From a virus (lineage: Duplodnaviria; Caudoviricetes), in IMG/VR virus record IMGVR_UViG_3300026201_000010, positions 1-30,330 of that record: a stretch of 30,330 bases of DNA; one strand, written 5' to 3'. Below, piece after piece: positions 9,001 to 18,600 of the stretch. The first letter of the stretch is position 1, and the number at the start of each line of letters is the position of its first letter. The position numbers were made by a program, and so were the translations under genes. The notes under the pieces were generated by a model. The model was not told the origin of the DNA. It saw nothing but the letters and a program-made list of their open reading frames with translations, and made no database searches.

Positions 9001-10517
9001 ACTTTTTCAATTGTTATTCTTTTGGTAATGGTGTAGAGAGTTATAGAATTAGAGATTCAATTGTAGGTAAAGAGTTTAGTTTAGGAGAAAGAACTACATC
9101 TACTTCTGAATTAGAGTTTAAGCAAGCACATCGCTTTGCTGATTTAACTTATAGTGGTGTTTATAACAATGAAAGCAATGTAAACAAGCTAAATGAATTT
9201 AACTTAGGTTTACTAAACTTTAAGCCTTGTGAAGATATATATGGTCCGATTGAAAAACTTCATGGAAGAGAAACCGATATATTAGTTTTACAAGAAGATA
9301 AAATTTCTTATGTACTGGCTGGAAAGAACTTGTTAACAGACTCCACTGGTGGAGGTCAAGTTGCTTCTGTACCTGAGGTTTTAGGAACTCAGATAGCCAG
9401 AATAGAAGAGTATGGTATTTCAAGAAACCCTGAAAGCTTTTGTTCTTGGGGTTACAATAAATATTTTACTGACGCTAAGCGTGGTGCTGTAATTATGCTT
9501 ACAGGTTCTGCAGGACAAAATGAACAGCTTACAGTAATTTCTGAAGCTGGTATGAGGTCTTGGTTTAGAGATAGATTTATTAATGGATTAAACACTCAAA
9601 AGCTAGGAGGGTATGACCCATATATGAATGAATATGTTTTAAGTGTTAATGAGGAAAATTTACCTTCAGAAGAATCTTGCATTGCTTGTGGTATTGAAAG
9701 AACATTTACCTTTCCTGAAGATAAAACATTTAATTATTGTATAGATTTAGGAGAATTAGTAGGAAATACAGATATAGAAATATTCGCAAGTGACTCACAA
9801 GGTAGCACTATAAAGGTAGTTTATAATGGTGTAGATGTGTTGCCAACAACCACTATTAATAATGGAAGTTCTTCTTTTGTTTTTGATAAAAATATTGTTA
9901 GTGAATCTGAAGCTCAAGTTACTCTTACTGGTAAAAGCGGTGCTACTATAAAAGTAGCTATAAAGTGTCCTGTTGCTGAGATTATAACTGTGTATCAAGT
10001 TTGTATAACAAATGCTACTCACGTAGGCCAAACCATACACAATGAGTATAGATGGATAGACGGAACATATTTATCGCCACTACATTCTGAGCAGATAACA
10101 TTTGTAGATGGCACTGATTTTATTATTATCAGTCAGTTTGATTCAGTAACCGCTCCGCAAGGAGCAGGAGTTATTCCTGCTGACAATGCTTCTGTTCAAG
10201 TAATTTGTCATAAAAGACCTGTTGATAATTTTGTTTTTCAGCCTACTCAAAATGAGTTATATGCCTTAAGAACTAACACCACATACGCAGCTACACCAGC
10301 TGGTATACTTTCTTTAATTTCTGCTGCAGGTACAGCTTTACCTTTAGATGTTTCTCTTGCACCAGACCAATATATTGGAAACTATACAATGACTACAACA
10401 GGCTCAAACTTATATTTAGTATATGATTATAGACAACCAACGGAAGATGTATTATGTTACGGAACAACAGACTTAAACGATGTGTGCTGTGACTGTACCG
10501 AACCACCAACACCATAA
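6072..10517 (+). CDS. Tail stabilization / nozzle (muzzle) protein, P22 gp10-like, N-terminal major part
   Basis: 1481 aa. GRMNKSVDERLLPNGEYIDALNIR start, LLFWTDNYNQPRFIN, FAYRYRYEDGEYSALS, YGISRNPESF, YFTDAKRGAV and GGYDPYMNEY are characteristic beta-propeller motifs of this family. Confidence 0.8.
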   Translation: MAETTRNFIAGRMNKSVDERLLPNGEYIDALNIRLGSTEESEVGSVENSRGNQQLTALEHEGVPLSSQAKCIGAYEDGQRETLYWFVHDPAHAGKGIVDLVVSYNVQLNLLTYHVVTTGSGQTVLNFNEDYLITGVNRVEDLLFWTDNYNQPRFINITRNYNSTSPDLAEQLLVIKKPPVAAPSFELTNLSGEENFIEERFITFAYRYRYEDGEYSALSQFTEPAFVPKGFDYKIESGLNEGMTNAFNNVKVTYNSGGPLVKAIEVVFAETTSSVIKSIEIFDKQNLGYADNTDYSLDFNNSKIYTVLNPTQLVRLFDNVPLKAQAQTLMGNRLIYGNYVDGYDLLDLNTNPIRLEYFCRLLSEEIGAESIGDRTDSFTYNIDGSQNIVNAAVFFDFDDVELKAGAAITFEIRYTHSQFSGQTPFPSQQSTNLELDFTYILPIDFGSAYELSQDPLFIQTIGTAANILPVYDPVPGNETSCDGTTITDEWNCSIPNTLDTLIKFESGITAAGQPIEIISSPGSSEIGLVVPAMRFVDDLTTPTQSVYEYYTVTFAEGSYSGIGNPKSLHSDRDYEVGIVYMDEFNRSSTALVSPNNTVHVGCSAASLQNSIEVTIPPSQLAPAWADRYKLCIKPDFEDYNTVYSNIFFDEVGTAATFFLLEGENARKVEEGDRLRVKADTNGPTTRCQYATVLQKEAQTQDFMSPPPKDSNGTDIPVPAGTYMKIIPNDFEVVQGDLPTVLYGKRSDCGRRKNEHPRVAYPVSIEDPNNPGQFIDYSLPAGSRINIYVDFRRKGTGNRACDGRRYILDLKLTASQDYDNFKEWWDGDNIASLLDSGAVSGITGDPDCPPPYYANYYNPAIQTGLGTNNALAAMPQNRCEYQWQFLRATSNNQLSLGLVGTNSCSGAKNSSKRRACISAKIEVFRAENTLVFETEPQDATPDLWYESADVFSIDKATGRHDGNIQNQTSTQSAVVLTDFFNCYSFGNGVESYRIRDSIVGKEFSLGERTTSTSELEFKQAHRFADLTYSGVYNNESNVNKLNEFNLGLLNFKPCEDIYGPIEKLHGRETDILVLQEDKISYVLAGKNLLTDSTGGGQVASVPEVLGTQIARIEEYGISRNPESFCSWGYNKYFTDAKRGAVIMLTGSAGQNEQLTVISEAGMRSWFRDRFINGLNTQKLGGYDPYMNEYVLSVNEENLPSEESCIACGIERTFTFPEDKTFNYCIDLGELVGNTDIEIFASDSQGSTIKVVYNGVDVLPTTTINNGSSSFVFDKNIVSESEAQVTLTGKSGATIKVAIKCPVAEIITVYQVCITNATHVGQTIHNEYRWIDGTYLSPLHSEQITFVDGTDFIIISQFDSVTAPQGAGVIPADNASVQVICHKRPVDNFVFQPTQNELYALRTNTTYAATPAGILSLISAAGTALPLDVSLAPDQYIGNYTMTTTGSNLYLVYDYRQPTEDVLCYGTTDLNDVCCDCTEPPTP

Positions 10518-10531
10518 TTAAAATAAATAGA

Positions 10532-11488
10532 ATGGCAGTATCAGGAACATATTATTTAAACGGACCAGACTTGGCAACTTCAACGGCAATATTTGCCGAT
10601 GAGGATATGAATGTTTGTGCAGCAGATGGATTATATTCAAACGGCTTAATAGTACGTGAATTACTTAATTGTGTTTTACTTCCTGCTCAACCTTGTCCGT
10701 CATGCGTTGCTCCATGTGGTCAAGTTGCTGGAGAATCTAGTGCTGTAAACGGAAGTTTCTTAGGTCAAGTTAATGCAGGGTCAGATTTAGGTGCTGTAGT
10801 TATTTATTCTATTGTTGGAAATACTATACCAGATGGTGTATTAGTTACATACAATAATCAAACATATAATCAATTAACATATATAGGAAATAATGCAGGG
10901 CCAGTTGGATTAAATACACCAGTTGGTCAGCCGACTTATTACGGAAGTAACGCTAATACTCCAGTGTCTTCGACTGGGCTTCCTGTGTACACTCTTCAAA
11001 CAGACGGAACTTATCTTAATACTGGGACAAATGCTCCTATAACTGTAAACACTAATCAACTTGATTTAAGAGGCGGTGGAACTAGGGTTTATACTCAGGT
11101 AATTCCAAAGAACTCAGCAACAGTTACAAATTTAAACATAGATTTTTATGGCCCTATACTAGGAACATTTTTTTCCTTTCAAGTGAGTTGCCCTGCTGTT
11201 TTAGATAGTTTTCAAGCTTCAGCTATTCAATCAAATAATTTTTGTGCGCCAGCAACAGAAACCTATTACTTTGCGCAGAATGCAACCACTACAGCAACAC
11301 AGCCAATCGTATTTACACCTCAGACGCTTAGTTCCCCTGGTGTGGGTAATTATGTTTTTTTAGATGATGGAGCAGGAACATTAATAAATAACACAGGCAC
11401 TAGTCAATACTTAATAATAAACAACAGTACTTTCCTTGAGATACAATATGGTATTGTTATATCTACAGGTGCGTGCATTGAACCATAA
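10532..11488 (+). CDS. Cys-containing beta-rich virion protein (probable tail appendage / receptor-binding module)
   Basis: 318 aa, T/G/N/V-rich with almost no Lys, and a CPSCVAPCG cluster. Lies between the two parts of the nozzle gene. Confidence 0.6.
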   Translation: MAVSGTYYLNGPDLATSTAIFADEDMNVCAADGLYSNGLIVRELLNCVLLPAQPCPSCVAPCGQVAGESSAVNGSFLGQVNAGSDLGAVVIYSIVGNTIPDGVLVTYNNQTYNQLTYIGNNAGPVGLNTPVGQPTYYGSNANTPVSSTGLPVYTLQTDGTYLNTGTNAPITVNTNQLDLRGGGTRVYTQVIPKNSATVTNLNIDFYGPILGTFFSFQVSCPAVLDSFQASAIQSNNFCAPATETYYFAQNATTTATQPIVFTPQTLSSPGVGNYVFLDDGAGTLINNTGTSQYLIINNSTFLEIQYGIVISTGACIEP

Positions 11489-11507
11489 GAACTAGTAAAA
11501 TAAAAAA

Positions 11508-12320
11508 ATGGCAGAAAATTATACATTAACATATAGCAGTTCAGCACAAGGGTGGCCTTCTTTTTACTCTTATTTTCCAGAGTTTATAAAGGGTATGAAT
11601 CAATTTTTATATACATTTAAAAATGGTAATTTATATCAACACAATGCACCTAGTGTTCCAAGAAATAATTTTTATGGAATACAAGGAAACTCCACATTGA
11701 CTAGCGTTTTTAATGAGTCTGCTTTAGAGAATAAAAAATTTAAAACAATTGCTCTTGAAGCTGATGATGCATGGGAGGGTACATTTATAACTGATTTACA
11801 AACGACAGGTTTTATTAATGCAAGTTATTTTGAACAGAAAGAATCTGACTGGTTTGCATTTATTAGAAATAATACAGACTTACCTAGCAATACCCCTCAA
11901 CTCCCTTTACGTTCACTTACAGGTATAGGATTTAGTGATGATGTTGTAATTGGAGTTAATACAGCAACTATTACCTTTGTCCCTCCGTCTAATATTGGTT
12001 CTATTTTGTCGAATGGAGATTTATTTTATTTTGGTGTAGAAACTTCACCTGGGTCTGGAGTTTACAATCCTAGCTTAGCTGGAGAGGTTACGTCATTAGT
12101 AAAACAAAACAACGGAACATCTATAGTAACTATTGATACAACAGTAGCAGGAAGCGTTGTAATACCAGGAGTTAATGAATACTTTTTGTTTATTAAAAAT
12201 TCTATTGCAGAATCTCAAGGGGTCTTAGGTCACTACTGTGAATTTAAGTTAACCAATACTTCTACCTCTGCTACAGAACTATTTGCAGTAAAAAGCCAGG
12301 CATTCAAAAGTTTCCCTTAA
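11508..12320 (+). CDS. Tail stabilization / nozzle protein, C-terminal part encoded separately
   Basis: TLTYSSSAQGWPSFYSYFPE...YTFKNGNLYQHN...NNFYG...KKFKTIALE...LGHYCEFKLTN...ELFAV is the pattern I recognise as the C-terminal portion of gp10-like stabilization proteins. Confidence 0.6.
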   Translation: MAENYTLTYSSSAQGWPSFYSYFPEFIKGMNQFLYTFKNGNLYQHNAPSVPRNNFYGIQGNSTLTSVFNESALENKKFKTIALEADDAWEGTFITDLQTTGFINASYFEQKESDWFAFIRNNTDLPSNTPQLPLRSLTGIGFSDDVVIGVNTATITFVPPSNIGSILSNGDLFYFGVETSPGSGVYNPSLAGEVTSLVKQNNGTSIVTIDTTVAGSVVIPGVNEYFLFIKNSIAESQGVLGHYCEFKLTNTSTSATELFAVKSQAFKSFP

Positions 12321-12326
12321 AATTCA

Positions 12327-12334
12327 TATCTTTG
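12327..12334 (+). promoter_or_regulatory. Bacteroidota -7 element (TATCTTTG)
   Basis: Exact TAnnTTTG in the 22-nt intergenic gap, only 8 nt before the ATG at 12343. Confidence 0.55.
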
Positions 12335-12342
12335 TAAAAGTT

Positions 12343-12870
12343 ATGGGTATATTAAGTATATTTACAAAAAGGAAAAATAAACCAGAGAATATACTAGAAT
12401 ATGTCCATCAAAACAGAGGTCTTCTTTGGGAGAATATTAATACATTCAAAGAGAACGTCTTATTACACAGTGATTCGGTAAAGCACCACACTCCTGAAAT
12501 GGATAAGTTGATGCCAGTTACTCATCATTTGAAAGACGGACTATATACCAGAGAGATTTTTATGCCGAAAGGCACATTGGTTGTAAGTTTTATTCATAAA
12601 CAAACCCACCCATCTTTTTTTTTAAAAGGTGAGATGTCAGTTTTATTAGATACTGGCGAGGTCAAAAGAATAAAAGCACCAATGAAAGTGATGACTGAGA
12701 TAGGTACGCAACGAGTTGCTTACATACATGAAGATACAACTTGGGTGTGCGTATACAGAACAAACGCTAAAACAATTGAAGATGCTGAGGCAGAGGTTTA
12801 TACGGAAGATTATAAAGAACTACCTGAGTATGTTATATTAAATAAAAAATTATTATGTCAGGAGCAATAG
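12343..12870 (+). CDS. Cupin-like (double-stranded beta-helix) protein
   Basis: HHLKDGLYTREIFMPKGTLVVSFIHKQTHPSFFLKGEMSV...IKAP...GTQRVAYIHEDTTWVCVY matches cupin motif 1/2 spacing. Confidence 0.65.
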   Translation: MGILSIFTKRKNKPENILEYVHQNRGLLWENINTFKENVLLHSDSVKHHTPEMDKLMPVTHHLKDGLYTREIFMPKGTLVVSFIHKQTHPSFFLKGEMSVLLDTGEVKRIKAPMKVMTEIGTQRVAYIHEDTTWVCVYRTNAKTIEDAEAEVYTEDYKELPEYVILNKKLLCQEQ

Positions 12871-13760
12871 CAGGCTTAGTTATATCAGCAGGAACAACCA
12901 CAATGAGTTTTATAGGTGCTGGTAAACAAAAAAGAAAAGAAGAAGCAGCAGCTAGGTCTGCATCATTAGCTATGGCTGAAGTAGAGAAAGAGCTAACAAA
13001 AAATGAAATGAAAGCTCTAGCAATACAACAAGAGCCATACGAGCAAATGCAGGACACACTGGGTGCTCAGATTAAAACAGAAATGGCAGCCATTAGAGAG
13101 GGTGACCAGCGTGGCGTTTTAGGTGGCTCTCAAAGAGTTCAAGAGGGAGCGGTTCAGGCTTCTGGAGTAATCAGAACTGCTCAAGGTAAAGAAATGTCAG
13201 AACTAGATAAATTAGTTGCCGATGAAGAAACTCGTAAGAGTGATATCAGAATGCAGATAAAACTTGGTGAGGCCGCTGGTGCTCAGCAAGCAGCAGCACA
13301 AGCAGCAGATGCTAGAACTCAGCTTAACCAGCAAGCTTTAATGGGCCTAGGAAGCACTGTTTCTCAAGGACTTCAAATGGTTCCTACTTACGGAAAAAGC
13401 GCAGAAGCTAGAGATGTAGCAGAAATGAAGCGTGATTTTACCAAACAACAAAAGAAAGATTTCATGGCAGGAACAGGACAGTTCGCTGGCCAAGGTCCTA
13501 AAACAGCAAGAGAGTACAGACAGAATTTAAAACCAATGATGGACCAAAGCTTTCAACAAGCTGTTGGTGGGTTACAATTTAGTCCTGAACAGTTTCAACA
13601 GTTTGGAAATATAGGACAGTTTGGAGGTTTGCAACAAGGACAGTTTTCAAATCTTGATTTTCAGCAACTAGGTGGGCTACAAGGTCTTGAGTTTATGGAC
13701 CAGTTAATGCAAATGACTCCAGAACAAAGAGCAATGCTTAAAGCACAGTTAGGGTTTTAA
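12855..13760 (+). CDS. Internal virion / ejection protein 1
   Basis: Hydrophobic G/A-rich N-terminus (MSGAIAGLVISAGTTTMSFIGAG) followed by A/Q-rich coiled coils, as in T7 gp14/P22 gp7-type ejected proteins. First of a small-medium-giant trio after the tail genes. Confidence 0.6.
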   Translation: MSGAIAGLVISAGTTTMSFIGAGKQKRKEEAAARSASLAMAEVEKELTKNEMKALAIQQEPYEQMQDTLGAQIKTEMAAIREGDQRGVLGGSQRVQEGAVQASGVIRTAQGKEMSELDKLVADEETRKSDIRMQIKLGEAAGAQQAAAQAADARTQLNQQALMGLGSTVSQGLQMVPTYGKSAEARDVAEMKRDFTKQQKKDFMAGTGQFAGQGPKTAREYRQNLKPMMDQSFQQAVGGLQFSPEQFQQFGNIGQFGGLQQGQFSNLDFQQLGGLQGLEFMDQLMQMTPEQRAMLKAQLGF

Positions 13761-13776
13761 TTAAAAAGATAATTAA

Positions 13777-15654
13777 ATGAGTTATTACGGATACGTAAAA
13801 AGAGAAAACGCTGCTGGTGTTAACTGGCAGGAAGTAGGTGAAAACTTATCTAATATTTTATTAGAAGCTGGAGCTGAAAGACAGGCTAAAAGAGATGCTT
13901 TTGATAAGGCAACCAGGGAATACCAAGATATTCTTAATGATGCTCCATCTGGAGATTTTAAAACAGCAAATGCCTTTGCATTAAACCATGCTGCAGATGC
14001 TTCACGCATGCGTTTAATTCAAGACAGACTTTTAAAGAGTGGTGTAATGAAAGATAGAGATTACACTGTAGCTCGTCAGAACTTAACTGATGGGACTAAA
14101 CAACTATTTGGTTTAGCTAAAGAATACCAGACAGAATATACAGAAAAAATGGCTAGGTTAAAAGAGGGGAAAAGTCAGGAACTAGAATCCTGGTTAATGG
14201 CCAATATAGAGGGTCTTTCTAATCTTAAGAATGCTCAATCTTATATAAACTCAGAAGATGGAAGTGTAAGTATCGGTAAACTTATTGACGGCCCTAACGG
14301 AACTAGAGTCTTAAGTAAAAATCCTAATGACTTCATGACTGTAAATCAGTTACGTAACAGATATAAAGAAAAGTACGATAAGTTTGATGTGTCAGGGACT
14401 ATGACCATGGAAGCTGATAGATTAGGAACTTTTATAGATAGTGTAAGAGACGCTGGAGGTCCAGCTTATGCAGGTACTATAACTAAATTATTAGACCCAA
14501 CTATGCGTGGGACGTTAGGTCCTAATGGTGAAAAAGCTGTAGATAGTTTTTTAACCATGGAAAAAGATATGATTAATGGTTATCTTGAGTCTAACCCATT
14601 AAACGCATTATCTGTTCTTACAAACACCATAGCTATTAATCCAGATACAGGACAACCATTTGAGCCTACATTTGATGAGGCAGAAGCTAAAGCAGACCCT
14701 AATAAAATTTTAATTAGAGATGATGGTAGTGGTAGAATAGAACCTATTCTTAATGACAAGCAAAAGAAGCTAGCTTTTGAAAGTGTTCAGACAAACTTTA
14801 GAAACAAAATAGATAGAGAGAAAACTATTTCTACTTATAGTGAACCTAAAGAAAGTACTGCTGAAATAGATAAAGGCACTAAAGAAGATAAGGACAAAAA
14901 TGTTGTAAGTAACGTAGCTCAATTATATTATGGTAATGATGAGGAAGTTCAAGAGGCTGAAGATTTCTTAAGAAGTATCAACCCTAATATTGAGTCTATT
15001 GATAGAAATAGTGAGAGTGTTGTTATTACATTTAATGATGGCAGCGCATCAGAAACACTTACCTTTGAAAGTACACCTGGTGACTCAACAACTCTCTTAG
15101 ACCAAGGAGCTTGGGTTACTTCAAGCGCAAACTTCTTCTTAGATGATAAGAGTAAGATTACAAATGTAAATGAGGTCTTAGGTAAATCAGGTGTTGATTT
15201 AACAAAAGACTTTAACAAAACATCAAAAGGATTTAGTGCAGGAGCTGTAGAGAAAGAGCAAACACTTCAAGAAGCTTATTCAGATTATCTTGACGAGAAG
15301 ATTGATGGAAGTAGATTTAGTTATGTTACAGAGAATGGAGTAGTCGTTGATAATGCTAATGACAAAATGGTAAAAGATTTCGAAGCTAGTATACCTGATG
15401 GATTTGAATTATCAGAGGTTATAGGATATACAGACGAAACTATAGATAGACTTGTTAAGATTAAGAAAAAAGGAGGTAAATCACTTGAGGTTGATATTAC
15501 TAAACCAGGATATGACAAGGTAATTAAAGACTTTATCTTAGACAACTCAACATCTGAAGACGATATTAAGAGAATGGCTCTTACACCTGGTGTAAAAAAG
15601 AAAAAGGTTAGAACACAAGTAAGGTCTACACGTGGAACTGGTGAACTTGATTAA
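13777..15654 (+). CDS. Internal virion / ejection protein 2
   Basis: 625 aa, helical N-terminal half, no Cys. Middle position of the trio. The call is by synteny. Confidence 0.5.
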   Translation: MSYYGYVKRENAAGVNWQEVGENLSNILLEAGAERQAKRDAFDKATREYQDILNDAPSGDFKTANAFALNHAADASRMRLIQDRLLKSGVMKDRDYTVARQNLTDGTKQLFGLAKEYQTEYTEKMARLKEGKSQELESWLMANIEGLSNLKNAQSYINSEDGSVSIGKLIDGPNGTRVLSKNPNDFMTVNQLRNRYKEKYDKFDVSGTMTMEADRLGTFIDSVRDAGGPAYAGTITKLLDPTMRGTLGPNGEKAVDSFLTMEKDMINGYLESNPLNALSVLTNTIAINPDTGQPFEPTFDEAEAKADPNKILIRDDGSGRIEPILNDKQKKLAFESVQTNFRNKIDREKTISTYSEPKESTAEIDKGTKEDKDKNVVSNVAQLYYGNDEEVQEAEDFLRSINPNIESIDRNSESVVITFNDGSASETLTFESTPGDSTTLLDQGAWVTSSANFFLDDKSKITNVNEVLGKSGVDLTKDFNKTSKGFSAGAVEKEQTLQEAYSDYLDEKIDGSRFSYVTENGVVVDNANDKMVKDFEASIPDGFELSEVIGYTDETIDRLVKIKKKGGKSLEVDITKPGYDKVIKDFILDNSTSEDDIKRMALTPGVKKKKVRTQVRSTRGTGELD

Positions 15655-15663
15655 TAAACATCT

Positions 15664-18600
15664 ATGGACGAATTAAAAAAACTATATGATACTCTAGTAA
15701 GAGAGGGCTATTACACTAATTCTTACGATGAGTTTGTGCAGAAGTATAACGGAAGCGATGCGTACAAAGACCAAGTGTTTGGAGTGGTATCTAGAGATGG
15801 TTTATATACCAAATCAAAAGAAGAGTTTTTGTTGAAGTACAAAAGTCCTGAGCTTAAAACAAAATCGTTTGTTGAAGTAAAAAAAAAAGACGCTTCGGAC
15901 TCAGATTCGGAAGTTGGTTTATTGGAGCGATTCAAGACTAAGTACAATATTCAAGAAGATGATGTTGATTTACGAGAGCAACCTCCAGTACAAGCGGTAG
16001 ACCAAACAAGAGTTGCACAACCAAAGTTTAGAGACCCTGTTCAAGTAGCTCAAGAAAGAGAAGTTAAAGAAGCTTTTGATGCTCAACGTAAACTGGACAT
16101 GGAAGCTTTTAAAACTCAAGAAAAGCTAGACCAAGAAGCTCAGTTAGAGCAGCAAAAAATAAACCAAACATTACTACAACAAAGTCAACAGTTTAGAATT
16201 GATTTGCAAATGGTTACTTCTGACCTTATTGCTCAACACGAAGATTATGTTGTCCCTGCTTTAAATAAAAAGTTTCAGAAGTATGGTTTCTCTTTTGAAA
16301 AAACTGGCATTGGTGATGCGTTGGTTGTTACTAATTTTGATGGTTCAGCCACAGAAACAATTGACCTCGACCCTTTTACTACAGATACAGAGATATTAGA
16401 ATCTCAAAAACTAAAAAACTTTTTATCACAACATGCTCTTGAAGAGTTTGAAACTAATGAAGCATCAGACTTTGAGGGAAAATCCTTAAGAGCTCAGCAG
16501 CTACGAAGAGTAGGATTAATAAATCCTGACGGAACTACCTCTACTGTTTTGATGACATCTTATGAAGAAGACGGTAAGCATTATGCTATTCCAACTTTAT
16601 TCCCAAAAAATCCTGAGTTCTACGGAACTAATCCTAATGACTGGATGAAGTTAGATTTTGAGGAAGCAAAAAAAGTAGCCGAAGAAAGAGGTGAGGTTTT
16701 TCAGTTTGATACAGAAGAAGAAGCGCAAAGATTTGCAGAGGGTGAGTGGAAAGACACGCATTCTACAGACGCTATAGGCAAACAATTATACTCAGAGACT
16801 GGCCTAAACTTTAAAACTGAGCAAGCAAAATATGACAAGTATCTACAGGTAAGAGATGAAATAGATTTTATAGAATCTCAGGTTGCAGATTTTGGAGATG
16901 ATTTTATTGAAGAGCTAACACCAGAGCAAAAGAAACTTTATAGTGGGTTGTATGTTAATGGTATTTTAAGAGATGATACCGATGAGGTTTTAGCAGAGCT
17001 TAAAAAAATAGAAGATGATTTATATTCTGAGGTTAACACCACAGAAAAGATAGACTTGAGAGAAAAATATGACCTGGCATTACAGAAAAAATATTCAGCA
17101 TTAGCTAAAGATGCATCAATTGCAAACTATCAAGCCAAAGCTTTTGAGGAAGCGTTGGAAGTTGAAGCACTAGAAACTTTCGGTGTTGGGCTAAAAGACT
17201 TAACAGACGTAAAGCCAGAAACAGAACGAGAAGCTGCATTACTAGATAGCTTCAAAGTTCAGGTCGCATCGCTTAATGCAGAGAAACAACATGCAGCAAA
17301 CATATATGAGTCAGCTAAAACTTTCTATAGTGCTAAGTATGACAAAAGTATTATGGGTGAGTTCGAGACAGGTATGTCTGCAGTAATGAATGAGCTACAG
17401 AAAGGTCTTAATGATGGTAATGCCGCTGAAATAATACTTCAGTTATCTACAGGAATGGCTTTTGATTTTCAATCATTAGACCTTGATAATCCAGAAGATA
17501 GAAAAAAAGCTGCTGAAATAATAGTGGCTTTAAAAACAAAAAACAGAGGTAAAAAAGATTCAAGAGCACTATCCAGATGGAACAGAGCTAAAGGATTTAG
17601 AGAAAGCTTAGACGCTTTTTTAAGAAACCCTAGAGAACTAGCATTATCTTTAGCTGCAAATTCTATAGGAATGATGTTGCCTTATGGAGTTGAAATAGTT
17701 GCAGGTTCTACAGCGACAGGTGCAGGAACAGGAGCAGTAGTAGGGTCGGTTGTTCCAGGAGCTGGTACACTTGGTGGAGCAATAGCAGGGGGTACAAAAG
17801 GATTAAAAGCTGGATTTGCCTTAACAAGTTTAGCTATGGAATATACTAATGAATATTTTGCAGCCATGGAAGCTGAGGGCTATGATGTTCTTGATGCTAA
17901 GGACGTTGAACTAGCTATGCAAGATGATGATGTGTGGGCGTTAGCAAAAGAGCGTGGTTTAAAGCGTGGTATTCCAATTGCTTTAGTTGATTACCTCACT
18001 ATGAATTTAGCTGGTAGGGTTTTTCAAGTAGGTAAGACAGCGACAAGAACTAAAAAGATTGCATCTCAATTAGCTGAACGTGCTATCTTTGACCCTGTTG
18101 GTGAGATGGCTGGTGAAGCAGCAGCTCAAGTTGCAGTGGGTGATAACTTAGATTTTAAAGAGATTGCTGCTGAGGGTATCGGTGGTTTTGGTAACAACGC
18201 CAGTATGATGGCTGTCAATAAGCTTATAGATGCACGTAATATGTCTAACATAGAGCTTGCTTCTAAACTTACTGATATAAACTTTATTGTTAACGAGAAA
18301 GAATCAGACACCAGAATATCAGCGTGGACAAATAATATGGTTACACTTGGTAAGATTAACGAAGACCAAGGACAGCGCATACAAAAAAACTTAGGCTTAT
18401 CTAAAGATGCAGATAACATGCTGGATTTTGGAAGAAGTAAAAACAAACCTAAGAATAAAAGAGTAAAGGCTAGACTAATGGAATTGTTAGCGGCCAAAGA
18501 AGAATATACTGCTGACAATAATCGTAAAGAAGTGTTTAGCCAGAAGATAAAAGATATAAACGCAGAGATTGCATATCTTATAGAAAACAAATCATTAGCT

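Noticed and set aside
10518-11507. Intron, intein or ribosomal bypass joining the nozzle parts
   Set aside because: There is no group I/II structure, homing endonuclease or intein motif. Each ORF has its own normal ATGGCA start, and the shared frame has a one-in-three chance.
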